From NCBI GenBank assembly GCA_963728205.1, contig CAVSIV010000004.1:64001-128000 (forward strand): DNA of 64,000 nt. The letters are read 5' to 3'. This stretch comes from an uncultured Chloroflexia bacterium. GTDB lineage: Bacteria > Chloroflexota > Dehalococcoidia > UBA2979. The first letter of the stretch is position 1. Each line of letters begins with the position of its first letter. Shown here one piece after another: positions 63,337 to 64,000 of the stretch. The translations under genes and the position numbers were made by a program. The notes beneath the pieces were generated by a model. The model did not search any database and was not told the origin of the DNA. It worked only from the letters and a program-made list of their open reading frames with translations.

Positions 63337-63710
63337 CGGTCGCCGATCGCCGTGCCGGCCGCGCGCGCCACGGACTCGTCATCGACGAGATGGCGCCGGC
63401 CCCATGTCGCCAGCGGCTGCAGCGCACGGCCGAGCTCGGCGCCGCGCTCCGTGAGCTCGTACTCGACCCACGGCGGCATCGTCGCAACGATGCGTCGCGA
63501 CACGATGCCGAGCTCCTCGAGCGCCTTGAGGCGGTCGCGCAGCGTGCGCGAGTTGCAGCCGCCGACCTCCGTCGCCAGCTCGTTGAAGCGCAGCTTGCCG
63601 TCCATGAGCTGGTAGACGATGTGCGGCACCCACTTCTGCCCGACCAGCGCCAGCGTGGCGCGGACGGGGCAGTAGTCGCCGTCGGGCGTGCTCGTCAGCT
63701 TCGGCTCCAT
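63333..63710 (-). CDS. HxlR-family winged-helix regulator
   Basis: CPV...VGQKW, LRFNEL, RLKALEELGIVSR and PPWVEYELT motifs. Confidence 0.9.
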   Translation of the reverse strand: MEPKLTSTPDGDYCPVRATLALVGQKWVPHIVYQLMDGKLRFNELATEVGGCNSRTLRDRLKALEELGIVSRRIVATMPPWVEYELTERGAELGRALQPLATWGRRHLVDDESVARAAGTAIGDR

Positions 63711-63719
63711 GGCGAACCC

Positions 63720-64000
63720 CTACTTGATGTGCTCCGCCACCTGCGAGTGGTCGCGGGCGTTCGGGATCGGGTTCTTCGTGTAGTAGGCGACCTTGCCATC
63801 CCGGTCGATCACGATCGTCGCGCGCTCGGCCGCGCCGACCGCCTCGTTCCAGGTGTCGTACTTCCGCGCGGCTTCGCCCTTCATGTCGGAGAGCAGCGTG
63901 TGGTTGAAGTGCTGCTGCTCCTTGAACGCGGCGTGCGCGAAGCGGCTGTCGCGGCTGATGCCGAAGACCTTCGCGCCCTTGCCCATCCACACGTCGTAGT
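63720..64000 (-). CDS. peroxiredoxin/redoxin (AhpC-TSA), 5' end outside the window
   Basis: VFGISRDS, LLSD and RATIVIDRDG motifs. Confidence 0.8.
   Translation of the reverse strand, partial: YDVWMGKGAKVFGISRDSRFAHAAFKEQQHFNHTLLSDMKGEAARKYDTWNEAVGAAERATIVIDRDGKVAYYTKNPIPNARDHSQVAEHIK

Overview
A very GC-rich bacterial chromosomal window. Gene content and the Tat-lipoprotein solute-binding proteins suggest Chloroflexota, possibly Dehalococcoidia-like; this is inference only. Most genes are housekeeping or metabolic: a classical menaquinone cluster (menF, an inserted LLM oxidoreductase, menD-H-A-C-E, no menB), acetyl-CoA synthetase plus citrate synthase, PrpD-family, LonC-type protease, glcDEF, a full SUF operon with HTH regulator, a MaoC/acyl-CoA mutase/PhaB-like trio, SppA, AlkA, a sugar ABC transporter, formyltransferase plus alanine dehydrogenase, an MFS transporter and a hot-dog-fold operon. 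Eight genes carry about 14 single-base (+1) insertions, most likely read or consensus errors. I saw no rRNA, tRNA, CRISPR array, integrase or transposase. The most interesting signals are absent from the ORF track: (1) a 12-aa Trp-repeat peptide gene (MRAKWTAGIEWT, 19605-19643, minus) with its own near-consensus sigma70 promoter, RBS and terminator, directly behind a membrane-sensor PAS-GGDEF-EAL gene, a candidate peptide/c-di-GMP signalling module; (2) a four-copy REP/REPIN-like palindrome family with compensatory stem changes; (3) a 28-aa Lys/Ala/Pro histone-tail-like microprotein with its own RBS and terminator; (4) a Rieske-fold membrane protein lacking all four Fe-S ligands.
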